Shown piece by piece: positions 52,927 to 61,035 of a stretch of 61,035 nt of DNA. The stretch's first letter is position 1. Each line of letters begins with the position of its first letter. Below the pieces are notes generated by a model. That model searched no databases. It was not told the DNA's origin and worked only from the letters and a program-made list of their open reading frames with translations. This DNA comes from Nanobdellota archaeon (GTDB lineage Archaea > Nanobdellota > Nanobdellia > Parvarchaeales > Parvarchaeaceae). The position numbers were made by a program, and so were the translations under genes. The stretch covers positions 1 to 61,035 of the forward strand of contig JAJZWM010000003.1 in the NCBI GenBank assembly GCA_021846665.1, read 5' to 3'.

Positions 52927-53109
52927 TTAATCTTTTCTTTTACCATTCACGGTTTTATTATTCCAGGCATAAGCTTTTAATTTTGAACTTTTGCCATAAC
53001 CACAATGCGAACAGTAATGTTTTCTCTTTAAGTAAGATTCCTTTCCGCACCTTCTACACGTTACATGCGGCTGTTTTCTATTATGCAAACCCATTGATGC
53101 TGTGCTCAT
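52927..53109 (-). CDS. rpl37e: 50S ribosomal protein L37e
   Basis: HVTCRRCGKESY...CSHCGYG Zn-ribbon. 60 aa. Confidence 0.9.
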   Translation of the reverse strand: MSTASMGLHNRKQPHVTCRRCGKESYLKRKHYCSHCGYGKSSKLKAYAWNNKTVNGKRKD

Positions 53110-53342
53110 ATAGTTGGAGAGATAAGAATTATCGTATCACCTCTTACAAATACATTTCCTAGTTTTCTAAGAGTATCTGCGTCTTTCTTTTCTTCTGCGT
53201 TTTCCAAAGTAACGTTTATGTGAACGTCAAAAGCTACCAATTTACCAGTTATAGCATGACCATTCTTAAGTTCTACTAATACCATTTTTCCTTTTGCTGA
53301 ATTCAAAAGATCTAATGGTCTGCTCAAAACATTTTCTGACAT
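53106..53342 (-). CDS. Sm-like archaeal protein (LSm/SmAP)
   Basis: RPLDLLN...VLVELKNGHAITGKLVAFDVHINVTL...VFVRGDTIILI (Sm1/Sm2 motifs). Conserved LSm-L37e pairing. Confidence 0.9.
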   Translation of the reverse strand: MSENVLSRPLDLLNSAKGKMVLVELKNGHAITGKLVAFDVHINVTLENAEEKKDADTLRKLGNVFVRGDTIILISPTI

Positions 53343-53344
53343 AA

Positions 53345-54985
53345 TTAATCTCCATAACCTCCCATTCCACCAGGTGGCATCTGCGGCTGCTGATTTGCGG
53401 ACTTACCTGCTGCTATTATATCGTCTATTCTAAGGATCATAACGGCAACTTCGCTTGCGCTTTTTATCGCCTGTTTTTTAGTCCTTAAAGGTTCGACAAC
53501 TCCTTCCTTATACATATCAGACACTTGAGGTTTATATACATCCAAAAGATTTACACCTGCCCAAGTTTTTCCTTTTTGGTGCTCTGCTCTTAATTCAACA
53601 AGTATGTCTATTGGATCCAAACCTGCATTTTCTGCAAGTGTCTTTGGGACTACTTCTAATGCATCTGCAAAGGAATTCACTGCAAGCTGTTCTCTACCTT
53701 CAAGGTCAGCCGCGAAGTCTCTAAGGTTCTTTGATACCTCAAGTTCTGCTGCTCCTCCTCCTGCTACTATGGAACCACCATCTTCTATAACTGATTTAAG
53801 ATCTCCGAGACTGTCATCTATCGCTCTTTGAATTTCATCTACAACATGTTCCGTTCCGCCTCTTACAAGTATCGTAACTGCTTTTGGATTCTTGCATTCT
53901 TCTATCAATGCTAGTGTCTCTCCTGCAAGTTTCTCAACATGAACAATTCCTGCTTCTCCAAGACTATCTTTACTTAATTCATCAAGAGTTGCTACAACTT
54001 TTGCACCAGTTGCCTTTCCAATCTTTTTCATGTCACTTTCAGATACCCTACGAAATGCTAATATCCCTGCTTTTGAAAGGAAGTGCTGCGCTGCATCATC
54101 TATTCCCTTCTGTACTATAACTACATTTGCTCCGGATGCCTTTATCTTATCAACCATCTCTCTTAGCATGTTTTCCTCTTCATCAAGGAATGCCTGCAAT
54201 TGTTCAGGTTTCTCTATTCTTATCTGTGCATCTATGTTTGTCTTTTCTATCTCAAGTGCAAGATTTAATAATGCAACTTTTGCATTTTTAATTTCATCCG
54301 GCATGTCGGGATGTACTTTTTCCTTGTCTATTATTACTCCTTTTATTAGTCTTGAATCTAGTAAACCGCCACCTACTTTCTTCTCAACTTTTATGTCATC
54401 TAAATCCAAGGTATCATTCTTTCCAGACATAGACTTTACATGCTGAACTGCATCCACTATTAAAGAAACTATATGTTCATCTGCCCCAGTGCTTTTACCT
54501 ACGATTGCCGTTTTAACTATTCTACTAAGATCCTCTTTATTAGCTATATCGAGGTGCAATTTTATCTTGTCCAGTATCTCCTGTGCTTTATTTGCTGCAA
54601 GCCTGTAACCTCTAGCAACTAATGTGGGATGTATGCTCTGGTCTAAAAGCGTTTCTGCGTTCTTAAGAAGTTCTCCTGCTATTATAACTGCCGTGGTTGT
54701 TCCATCCCCAACCTCTTCTTCCTGTGTCTTTGCAACTTCTACTATCATCTTTGCTGCAGGATTTTCTATCTCCATACTCTTTAAAACAGTTACACCATCA
54801 TTCGTTATTGTTATATCTCCTATGTTATCAACTAGCATCTTGTCCATTCCTCTTGGTCCTAAAGTAGATTTTACTGCATTTGCTACTGCTTTAGCTGCAG
54901 CAATGTTATTTCTCTGTGCATCTTTTCCACTCGTTCTATTATATCCTTCTGGTAAGATGAAAATTGGTTGAATTCCTTCTGCCAT
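53345..54985 (-). CDS. ths: Thermosome subunit (group II chaperonin)
   Basis: [22 protein letters not shown] and VAGGGA motifs with a GGMGG tail. ATG at 54985 is preceded by GGAGGT, and the longer track start is less likely. Confidence 0.95.
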   Translation of the reverse strand: MAEGIQPIFILPEGYNRTSGKDAQRNNIAAAKAVANAVKSTLGPRGMDKMLVDNIGDITITNDGVTVLKSMEIENPAAKMIVEVAKTQEEEVGDGTTTAVIIAGELLKNAETLLDQSIHPTLVARGYRLAANKAQEILDKIKLHLDIANKEDLSRIVKTAIVGKSTGADEHIVSLIVDAVQHVKSMSGKNDTLDLDDIKVEKKVGGGLLDSRLIKGVIIDKEKVHPDMPDEIKNAKVALLNLALEIEKTNIDAQIRIEKPEQLQAFLDEEENMLREMVDKIKASGANVVIVQKGIDDAAQHFLSKAGILAFRRVSESDMKKIGKATGAKVVATLDELSKDSLGEAGIVHVEKLAGETLALIEECKNPKAVTILVRGGTEHVVDEIQRAIDDSLGDLKSVIEDGGSIVAGGGAAELEVSKNLRDFAADLEGREQLAVNSFADALEVVPKTLAENAGLDPIDILVELRAEHQKGKTWAGVNLLDVYKPQVSDMYKEGVVEPLRTKKQAIKSASEVAVMILRIDDIIAAGKSANQQPQMPPGGMGGYGD

Positions 54986-55193
54986 AATATTACCTCCTTC
55001 TAATAACTTAGATCTATTCAATGCATACTTGCATTGATATCTCTAATAGAGTTTAGTGTTATATTTAAAGTTTTCCACTGTTTTGATGCTTTTTTACAAA
55101 CTATACTATTTAATAATTGAGGATTTCTCTTAAAAGAATTTGATTTAAATAGATCGATTAAAACTTTAAATTAAAAAATTTCTTTAATAAAGA

Positions 55194-56165
55194 ATGGACA
55201 GCCAATACAGTGAGATAAGGAAAGATTATAGAACAGGATATTATTCAGTTATAGTTCCTGGAAGAGAACAAAGACCAAAAGAACTAGAAACAGAAGATGA
55301 AGGCGCAAAGAACCTTAAAGATTGCCCATTTGAACCTGATACAATAGACAGAATCAATCTAGAAATAATGCATGTAAATGAACCTTGGACAACTATGGTA
55401 ATAAGAAACAAATTTCCAGAATTAGATGGTCACACCCCTTTAGAGTACGAAGATGGATTTTTTCCATCAATAGCAGGATACGGATACAATGAAGTTTTAA
55501 TAGAAAGTCCAAAGCATTTCGATAAATTTGAAAATATGGATCTTAAAAAATCACTTGAATGGCTAAATACACTTATAGAAAGAGAAGAAGACCTGTATTC
55601 AAGGAATTATATAAAACATGTAATGGTATTCAAGAATTATGGGGCTTCCGGCGGGGCAAGTATAGGTCACCCACATACACAGATAATAGCTTGGCCAGAG
55701 ATTCTTGGCACGCCTGCGATAGAGATAGAGATAGCGAAGAAATATCTAAAAGAGAACCATTCTTGCATCTATGAAGACGCAATAAAGAAAGAGGAAGGAA
55801 GAGTATTATTTGAAACTGAAAATATAACGGCTATTGCACCATATGGATCAAGATTTTCGGGAGAATCAATGATACTGCCAAAAAGACATGTTAATTATAT
55901 AATGGATTTAAGCCAAGAAGAGAAAGAAGATCTTGTTGAAGGATTGAAAAAAATAATACAGACAAATAAAAAACTTTTTGGAGAACAAGCATACAACTTT
56001 GTAATACATGAAAATAAGAAAGAAAACGATTATCACATGCATATAGAAGTTTATCCGAGGCTTTCAAGCTTAGCAGGTATAGAACTTGGTCAGAACGTAT
56101 TTGTTAACACTATGGTACCTGAAGATTATACTAAAAAATTCAAAGAAGTTATAAAATTAGTCTAA
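55194..56165 (+). CDS. galT: Galactose-1-phosphate uridylyltransferase-like (GalT/HIT-family nucleotidyltransferase)
   Basis: GHPHTQII (HxHxQ) active-site motif. Two half-barrel repeats. N-terminal CPF... Confidence 0.7.
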   Translation: MDSQYSEIRKDYRTGYYSVIVPGREQRPKELETEDEGAKNLKDCPFEPDTIDRINLEIMHVNEPWTTMVIRNKFPELDGHTPLEYEDGFFPSIAGYGYNEVLIESPKHFDKFENMDLKKSLEWLNTLIEREEDLYSRNYIKHVMVFKNYGASGGASIGHPHTQIIAWPEILGTPAIEIEIAKKYLKENHSCIYEDAIKKEEGRVLFETENITAIAPYGSRFSGESMILPKRHVNYIMDLSQEEKEDLVEGLKKIIQTNKKLFGEQAYNFVIHENKKENDYHMHIEVYPRLSSLAGIELGQNVFVNTMVPEDYTKKFKEVIKLV

Positions 56166-57077
56166 GCCTTTTTCTTCTAAGAATTTTCTTGCATCTATTG
56201 CACACATACTTCCCCAGCCTGCTGCAATAACAGCCTGCTTGTAGTGTTTATCTTGAACATCGCCAGCTGCGAAAATACCTTCCTTGCTAGTCTTTGTAAA
56301 TTCTCTTGTCTTTATATACCCACTTTCATCCAAATCAAGGTAGCCCTTGAAAATCTCGGTATTTGGAGTATGGCCTATTGCCAGAAAAAGCCCGTCAGTC
56401 TTTAATTCGCTTTCTTCATTAGTCTTCAGATTTTTTATCTTAACGCCTTCTACGTGTTCTTTTCCTAACACATCTGTTACTTCACTGTCCCAGATTATTT
56501 TTATTTTCTTATTCGAAAGAACCCTATCTTGCATTATTTTGCTTGCTCTAAATTCATGTCTTCTATGGATCAAAGTTACTGAATTTGTAAGCGTAGAAAG
56601 ATAACTTGCATCTTCCATTGCACTATCCCCGCCTCCTACTACTACAACGTTTTTGTTTTTGAAGAAAGCCCCATCACAGACTGCACAACCGGAAACTCCT
56701 TTTCCTATCAGTCTTTTCTCGTTATCTAATCCGAGCCACCTCGCCGATGCACCAGTTGATATTATTATGGAATATGTTTCATATTCTTTATCACCAACAA
56801 AAACTTTGTAGGGATAAACGTTTAAATCAACCTTGGAAACATTATCATTTATTACCCTGCAGTTCAATGCCTTAACCTGCTCAGCCATTTTATCCATAAG
56901 ATCTGGCCCTAAGATTGATTTGAAACCTGGAAAGTTTTCTACTGCTGAGGTAAGCATAAGCTGCCCTCCTACTTCAAAGCCTCCTATTAACAATGGATTT
57001 AAATCGTCTCTTGTAGCGTATATTGCAGCAGTATATCCTGCTGGACCAGAACCTATTATTATTAATTTTTCTACCAT
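56157..57077 (-). CDS. trxB: Thioredoxin reductase
   Basis: IIGSGPAGYTAA, redox CAVCDG, VVGGGDSAMEDA and GDVQD. Confidence 0.9.
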   Translation of the reverse strand: MVEKLIIIGSGPAGYTAAIYATRDDLNPLLIGGFEVGGQLMLTSAVENFPGFKSILGPDLMDKMAEQVKALNCRVINDNVSKVDLNVYPYKVFVGDKEYETYSIIISTGASARWLGLDNEKRLIGKGVSGCAVCDGAFFKNKNVVVVGGGDSAMEDASYLSTLTNSVTLIHRRHEFRASKIMQDRVLSNKKIKIIWDSEVTDVLGKEHVEGVKIKNLKTNEESELKTDGLFLAIGHTPNTEIFKGYLDLDESGYIKTREFTKTSKEGIFAAGDVQDKHYKQAVIAAGWGSMCAIDARKFLEEKGLD

Positions 57078-57154
57078 TATTTTTATATGTCATACGATAT
57101 AAATAAAGCTTTCTACTAAGATAACTTTTTATTCAACAAAAACTTAATAGAGTA

Positions 57155-58924
57155 ATGGATAAATTTCTCATAGAAGTCTCATTTGAAGCTGGCAATAAAG
57201 TAGGTGGTATTTGGACAGTCTTAACGTCTAAATCCGCATATATGAAAAAACAATTTGGGGATAATTATTTAGCGATAGGCTTTTATAATCCGGATCAGGC
57301 AGCCGTTGAATTTATAGAAAGCACTCCCCCTCAATACATAAAAGATGCAATGGGAGATATAAAGCTTGATGGAGTAAAAGTATACTTCGGAAAATGGTCT
57401 TCTGCTCATGATGTAAATCTAATATTAATAGATGCCAAAGAATTTGAAAACAAGCACATAAATGAGGTAAAAAAGGATTTTTGGGATAACTTCAAGATAG
57501 ACTCTTTGAATTCTCCTGGAGATTACAATGAACCACTTGCATGGTCATATGCTGCAGGAGCCGTAATAGAAGCACTGAGCAAAACAATTAAGCAGTCAAT
57601 TGTTGTGCAGGTACATGAATGGCTTTCTGCAGGAGCAATACTTTACTTAAAATACAAAAACGTGAAAGTACCAACAGTATTTACAGTCCATGCTACTGTT
57701 CTTGGTAGAGCCATATCATATTCCGGCGGAAATACCAATGCATACGTTATTGCAAACACTGGAATAACTCCGGACATGCCTTATAAATATGGAGTAGCTG
57801 CAAAGCACTTTACTGAGAAAGCTGGTGCATTCAATGCAACTATATTCACAGCCGTAAGCAGTGTAGTGGCAAAAGAGGCAAATATAATCCTTGGTAAAAA
57901 GCCTGATTTTGTGACAATAAATGGAATAGATACTGATAACCTCCCATTAACAGATGAACTCACTACTATGAGAGTAAATGCAAAGAAGAAACTCGATAAT
58001 TTCTTGAATGGATACTTCTTACCATATTATGATCTTAACCCAAGTAATGTAAGGGTATTCATAACAAGTGGTAGATACGAATTTTATGATAAAGGCTATG
58101 ATGTTTTCATAGATGCCCTTGGTAAACTTGATAAAATGCTTACAGACGACAGCTATGTTATAGCGCTTATAGCAGTTCCATCTGGTACTGTGGGAGTAAG
58201 AAACGATGTAGTGGCAAACTATCTTACTTACATGAGCATAAAATCGGCTTTGGATGAGGACCTTAAGAACTTTGATTCCGTTATAGCTTCTTCAATAGAA
58301 ATGGAAGGAGATAATGTAGACAAAGCTTACAGTAAAATAATAAATGACTCAAAAAGACTTATTAAGCAACTTAGAAGACCCAAACCAACAAATCCTCCGC
58401 TTACTCCTTTCATACTTTCATATCCTGAAAATAATGATGCGATAATAAACAAACTCAAAGAAAACAACCTTAATAATTCTGCAGAAAACCATGTTAAAGT
58501 TGTATTCTATCCAAAATACCTCGCAGTGGGAGATGAATTGCTTAATCTTACTTACTATGAGATGCTTGCACTTTCGACTGCAGGATTTTTCCTTTCAAAG
58601 TATGAGCCTTTCGGTTATACTCCTTTAGAAGCTGCGGCATATATGTCAATTTCATTCACATCGGATTATAGCGGCTTTGGGCAGTATCTTTTAAATGATT
58701 ATAAGGATGGATATAAAGGAGTTTTTGTTGAAAGAATGCTTGGAAGAAAAAGAGATGATTGCATAACACAGACAGCCAAAGATATGCTTAAGATAGTACT
58801 TATGGATGATGACGATCTTTTGAAATTAAAGATAGCTGCAAATGAACTTGCTAATCAATTTGGTTGGGATAAGTTCCTTCCTGTTTATCTTGAGGCTTAT
58901 GATGCTGCTTTAAAAAGACTTTGA
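57155..58924 (+). CDS. GT3-type (animal/fungal-like) glycogen synthase homologue
   Basis: The N-terminus EVSFEAGNKVGGIWTVLTSKS matches the GT3 signature E.SWEVANKVGGIYTV. C-terminal ...YEPFGYTPLEA. Confidence 0.7.
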   Translation: MDKFLIEVSFEAGNKVGGIWTVLTSKSAYMKKQFGDNYLAIGFYNPDQAAVEFIESTPPQYIKDAMGDIKLDGVKVYFGKWSSAHDVNLILIDAKEFENKHINEVKKDFWDNFKIDSLNSPGDYNEPLAWSYAAGAVIEALSKTIKQSIVVQVHEWLSAGAILYLKYKNVKVPTVFTVHATVLGRAISYSGGNTNAYVIANTGITPDMPYKYGVAAKHFTEKAGAFNATIFTAVSSVVAKEANIILGKKPDFVTINGIDTDNLPLTDELTTMRVNAKKKLDNFLNGYFLPYYDLNPSNVRVFITSGRYEFYDKGYDVFIDALGKLDKMLTDDSYVIALIAVPSGTVGVRNDVVANYLTYMSIKSALDEDLKNFDSVIASSIEMEGDNVDKAYSKIINDSKRLIKQLRRPKPTNPPLTPFILSYPENNDAIINKLKENNLNNSAENHVKVVFYPKYLAVGDELLNLTYYEMLALSTAGFFLSKYEPFGYTPLEAAAYMSISFTSDYSGFGQYLLNDYKDGYKGVFVERMLGRKRDDCITQTAKDMLKIVLMDDDDLLKLKIAANELANQFGWDKFLPVYLEAYDAALKRL

Positions 58925-60071
58925 CCATAGAATCAAGCTGTGAAATTATATTCATATAATTCAGATAGGCTATATATGGAGAGGAATAAGCATTGAAATA
59001 TTTATGTATATCTCCATCAGAAAACCATTTTGTGCACATATAATAAAAATTATCAGAGGTCTGGAGTATTCTCCATCTTCTTATTAATTCTTCATTTCCT
59101 GAGAGAAGAACTTCTCTTTCCATTTCTTTTAGTTTATTGAATGCTGCATCCTGCATCTGATCTCCAAGCCATGCAGACAGATCCCTGTCCATGTCTGCCC
59201 ATGAAAGATAATATGGAACATCTACAATGCCAGCTTCTTTTTGTTTTATTGCTTCTGAAACCTTATTAAATCCAACCCCTTTGCTTATAAGCTTGCCTGG
59301 TAAATCCTTCATAAAATCAAATATTCCAGTTTCTTTCCATTGGTGCTCTCCAAAAGTTTCATAGTCCATAAAAAGATTTACTGTGCTACCCTCGTTGTTT
59401 GCTACCCAGTTTGAATACTTATCGGCTGTCAATGGAAATTCGTTCCACGTTGGAGTTGAAAACCTGAAAGCTATATCATCGCTTAACTTATAATTTCTTA
59501 AAAGCACTTTTATATTCTCTCCAGGATCCTTGTAAATATAGTTAGGAGAACGCCACCCCAATATCCTTTCCCAGCCCTCTGCTATTATACCGTTATAACC
59601 CATTTTACTTACAGTTTCTGCAATATCATTTGAGTACAACGCTTCGGTGTTTCTAAATATTTTTGGATGAAATTTAAAATAATGATACATCAATGACTTA
59701 TGCTGCTTTACTTGCTCTATGAACTCCTGCTTGTCTATTAGATATGAAAGAGAATGATAATACGTTTCATCAAGCAGCTCCATATTTCCGGTGTCAAATA
59801 GCTCTTGGAAAAGTTGGATAACCTCTGGCCTGAACATCTCTGCTTGTTCCATAAAAACGCCTGTCAAAGAAAAATTTACCTTAAATTCTGGATATTCTTT
59901 TACAAGGCCTATTAACAGCTTTGTCATGGGTATATAACATTTATCTGCGACCTTATTAAATATCTCTCTATTTTTATCTAAGTCTATAAAATCTTTATTC
60001 TCTATAAAAGAATATACTCTCTTAAGTCTATAAGGTTGATGTACTTCAAAATAAAATGTTACATTTGGCAT
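58851..60071 (-). CDS. GH57-family glycoside hydrolase (alpha-amylase/amylopullulanase-like)
   Basis: The N-terminus FYFEVHQPYRL, ...DYETFGEH... and WADMDRD are typical GH57 regions. Confidence 0.8.
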   Translation of the reverse strand: MPNVTFYFEVHQPYRLKRVYSFIENKDFIDLDKNREIFNKVADKCYIPMTKLLIGLVKEYPEFKVNFSLTGVFMEQAEMFRPEVIQLFQELFDTGNMELLDETYYHSLSYLIDKQEFIEQVKQHKSLMYHYFKFHPKIFRNTEALYSNDIAETVSKMGYNGIIAEGWERILGWRSPNYIYKDPGENIKVLLRNYKLSDDIAFRFSTPTWNEFPLTADKYSNWVANNEGSTVNLFMDYETFGEHQWKETGIFDFMKDLPGKLISKGVGFNKVSEAIKQKEAGIVDVPYYLSWADMDRDLSAWLGDQMQDAAFNKLKEMEREVLLSGNEELIRRWRILQTSDNFYYMCTKWFSDGDIHKYFNAYSSPYIAYLNYMNIISQLDSMVKVFLKQHHKPQDKQEGTYPNQID

Positions 60072-60091
60072 ACCTATTTATACGCCTCAAT

Positions 60092-60108
60092 GTTTAAATG
60101 TTTAAATA
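60092..60108 (+). promoter_or_regulatory. Candidate TATA/BRE region for tRNA-Glu (tandem gtttaaat x2)
   Basis: tttaaata is centred about 22-25 nt upstream of the tRNA 5' end at 60126. Confidence 0.35.
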
Positions 60109-60125
60109 GTTTTTAGATAAACTAT

Positions 60126-60198
60126 GCCCCGATAGTCTAGAGGCCAAGGACATCGCCCTTTCGAGGCGGAAACCCGGGTTCAAATCCCGGTCGGGGCA
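60126..60198 (+). tRNA. tRNA-Glu (anticodon UUC)
   Basis: GCCCCGA/TCGGGGC acceptor, anticodon loop CTTTCGA, T-arm CCGGGTTCAAATCCCGG. Confidence 0.9.
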
Positions 60199-60363
60199 GG
60201 CTTTAATTAGTTAATCTTTTTATAGTCTTTAAATAAAGTTAAATTAAGTATAATCAAGATCCTTTTATCCAATTTTAAAGATATAACAAAGATTTATTTT
60301 GTTATTCTATTTCAAAAAAAAAGAATGTATTATAATATTCTAATAGACTAATTATGATATTTC

Positions 60364-61035
60364 TTAAACTACACTTCCAAAGCTCACGGAAGGCATTACT
60401 CCGCTTGGAGGATAATTCCTAACATCTAACCAAGTTACATTTACTTCAGTTCCACTAACTGGTCCACAACCAGCACCATTTCTAAAGAGTACTGTTCGTA
60501 ATGGATAATTTTCAGGATTGTTATTTAACTGAGAAGTGTAATTAAGTAAGTAGCCCATGTTTGTACCCTTATTAATAAGAGAGAACACTTCTTGATTCCC
60601 TATTAATTCAGTACTATTATAAAAATTCATAGCTGCCTGACTGACATTTCCATACTGATAATATATCCAAGAGGTTGGGGGGTTTTGTAGCTGCGCCCAT
60701 CCTGCAGAATCGTGTTCGGAAGAATTGTACCATCCTAGAATAGTCCAACCACAGTAACGGGAAGGATTAGAGATATAATCACCTTGCCAGTCTAATGCTA
60801 CGGGCAAGGAAAAGTTTTCTTTGTTATAATAAAATTCCACTCCAACTGGAGAAAAATCTATAGTAAACCCATTATGCACTTGAACATATTGGGTAGTACT
60901 TGAATCACCTGTAGTCCACCCTGCTGGATAAACTGTTCCTTTAAAATTCTGATAATAATTAAACACATTGACACCATTATCGTATTCTGCATAATTTGAA
61001 CAGCTTGAAGTTGGAGTTGAACCGCATGGTATCTG
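60364..61035 (-). CDS. Extracellular beta-rich protein, C-terminal part only. The frame stays open to the window edge.
   Basis: The frame upstream of the track's GTG start (60966) has no stop through 61035. Rich in Trp/Tyr/Asn with several sequons. Ends ...WLDVRNYPPSGVMPSVSFGSVV. Confidence 0.5.
   Translation of the reverse strand, partial: QIPCGSTPTSSCSNYAEYDNGVNVFNYYQNFKGTVYPAGWTTGDSSTTQYVQVHNGFTIDFSPVGVEFYYNKENFSLPVALDWQGDYISNPSRYCGWTILGWYNSSEHDSAGWAQLQNPPTSWIYYQYGNVSQAAMNFYNSTELIGNQEVFSLINKGTNMGYLLNYTSQLNNNPENYPLRTVLFRNGAGCGPVSGTEVNVTWLDVRNYPPSGVMPSVSFGSVV

Noticed and set aside
53604-54971. Four plus-strand ORFs of 75-138 aa
   Set aside because: All are antisense to the highly conserved thermosome gene. 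Shadow ORFs are favoured by its higher G+C content.
1-61035. CRISPR arrays, IS elements, rRNA genes and prophage blocks
   Set aside because: Scanning by eye found no regularly spaced repeats, no transposase or integrase-like ORFs and no long G+C-rich structured RNA islands other than the six tRNAs.

Overview
AT-rich archaeal chromosomal segment (roughly one-third G+C by eye, not computed). It is very tightly packed: many ATGA/TAATG start-stop overlaps and frequent GGAGG-type ribosome-binding sites. Content is mostly informational and housekeeping genes. These include Cbf5, KsgA/Dim1, TFE, PCNA, Hel308, RNase J, MBF1, EF-1beta, Pth2, thermosome, LSm, ribosomal proteins L40e, L37e and S2, and six aminoacyl-tRNA synthetase genes (SerRS, PheRS alpha and beta, ValRS, LysRS class II, TrpRS). 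There is also an AglB N-glycosylation locus, a ThiS-like/NcsA tRNA-thiolation pair, a glycogen-type carbohydrate cluster (GT4, GalT-like, GT3 glycogen synthase, GH57) and several N-glycosylation-sequon-rich surface proteins. Six tRNA genes are present and none encodes CCA. Two carry canonical 37/38 introns, and one of those reads as the rare tRNA-Ile(UAU). SepF, class II LysRS, RNase J and small gene sizes suggest a reduced (DPANN-like or similar) archaeon rather than a crenarchaeote, but this is inference only. I saw no rRNA, CRISPR array, transposase or integrase. The most notable observation is that cbf5 has an in-frame TGA inside its catalytic GTLDP motif. The stop lies within a 12-nt segment that folds into a relaxed bulge-helix-bulge/loop structure, and excising that segment exactly restores GTLDPNVTG, so it is a candidate ultra-short mRNA intron. 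Other candidates are an RHH / CysD-like PP-loop / unknown three-gene operon whose first two products share a KLRxxGYM C-terminal tail, a 725-aa protein that looks like two tandem metallophosphoesterase domains (N-terminal copy degenerate) next to a DHH phosphoesterase, and a 429-aa Asn/Ser-rich coiled-coil protein. All functional calls come from motif recognition by eye. No database search was run.
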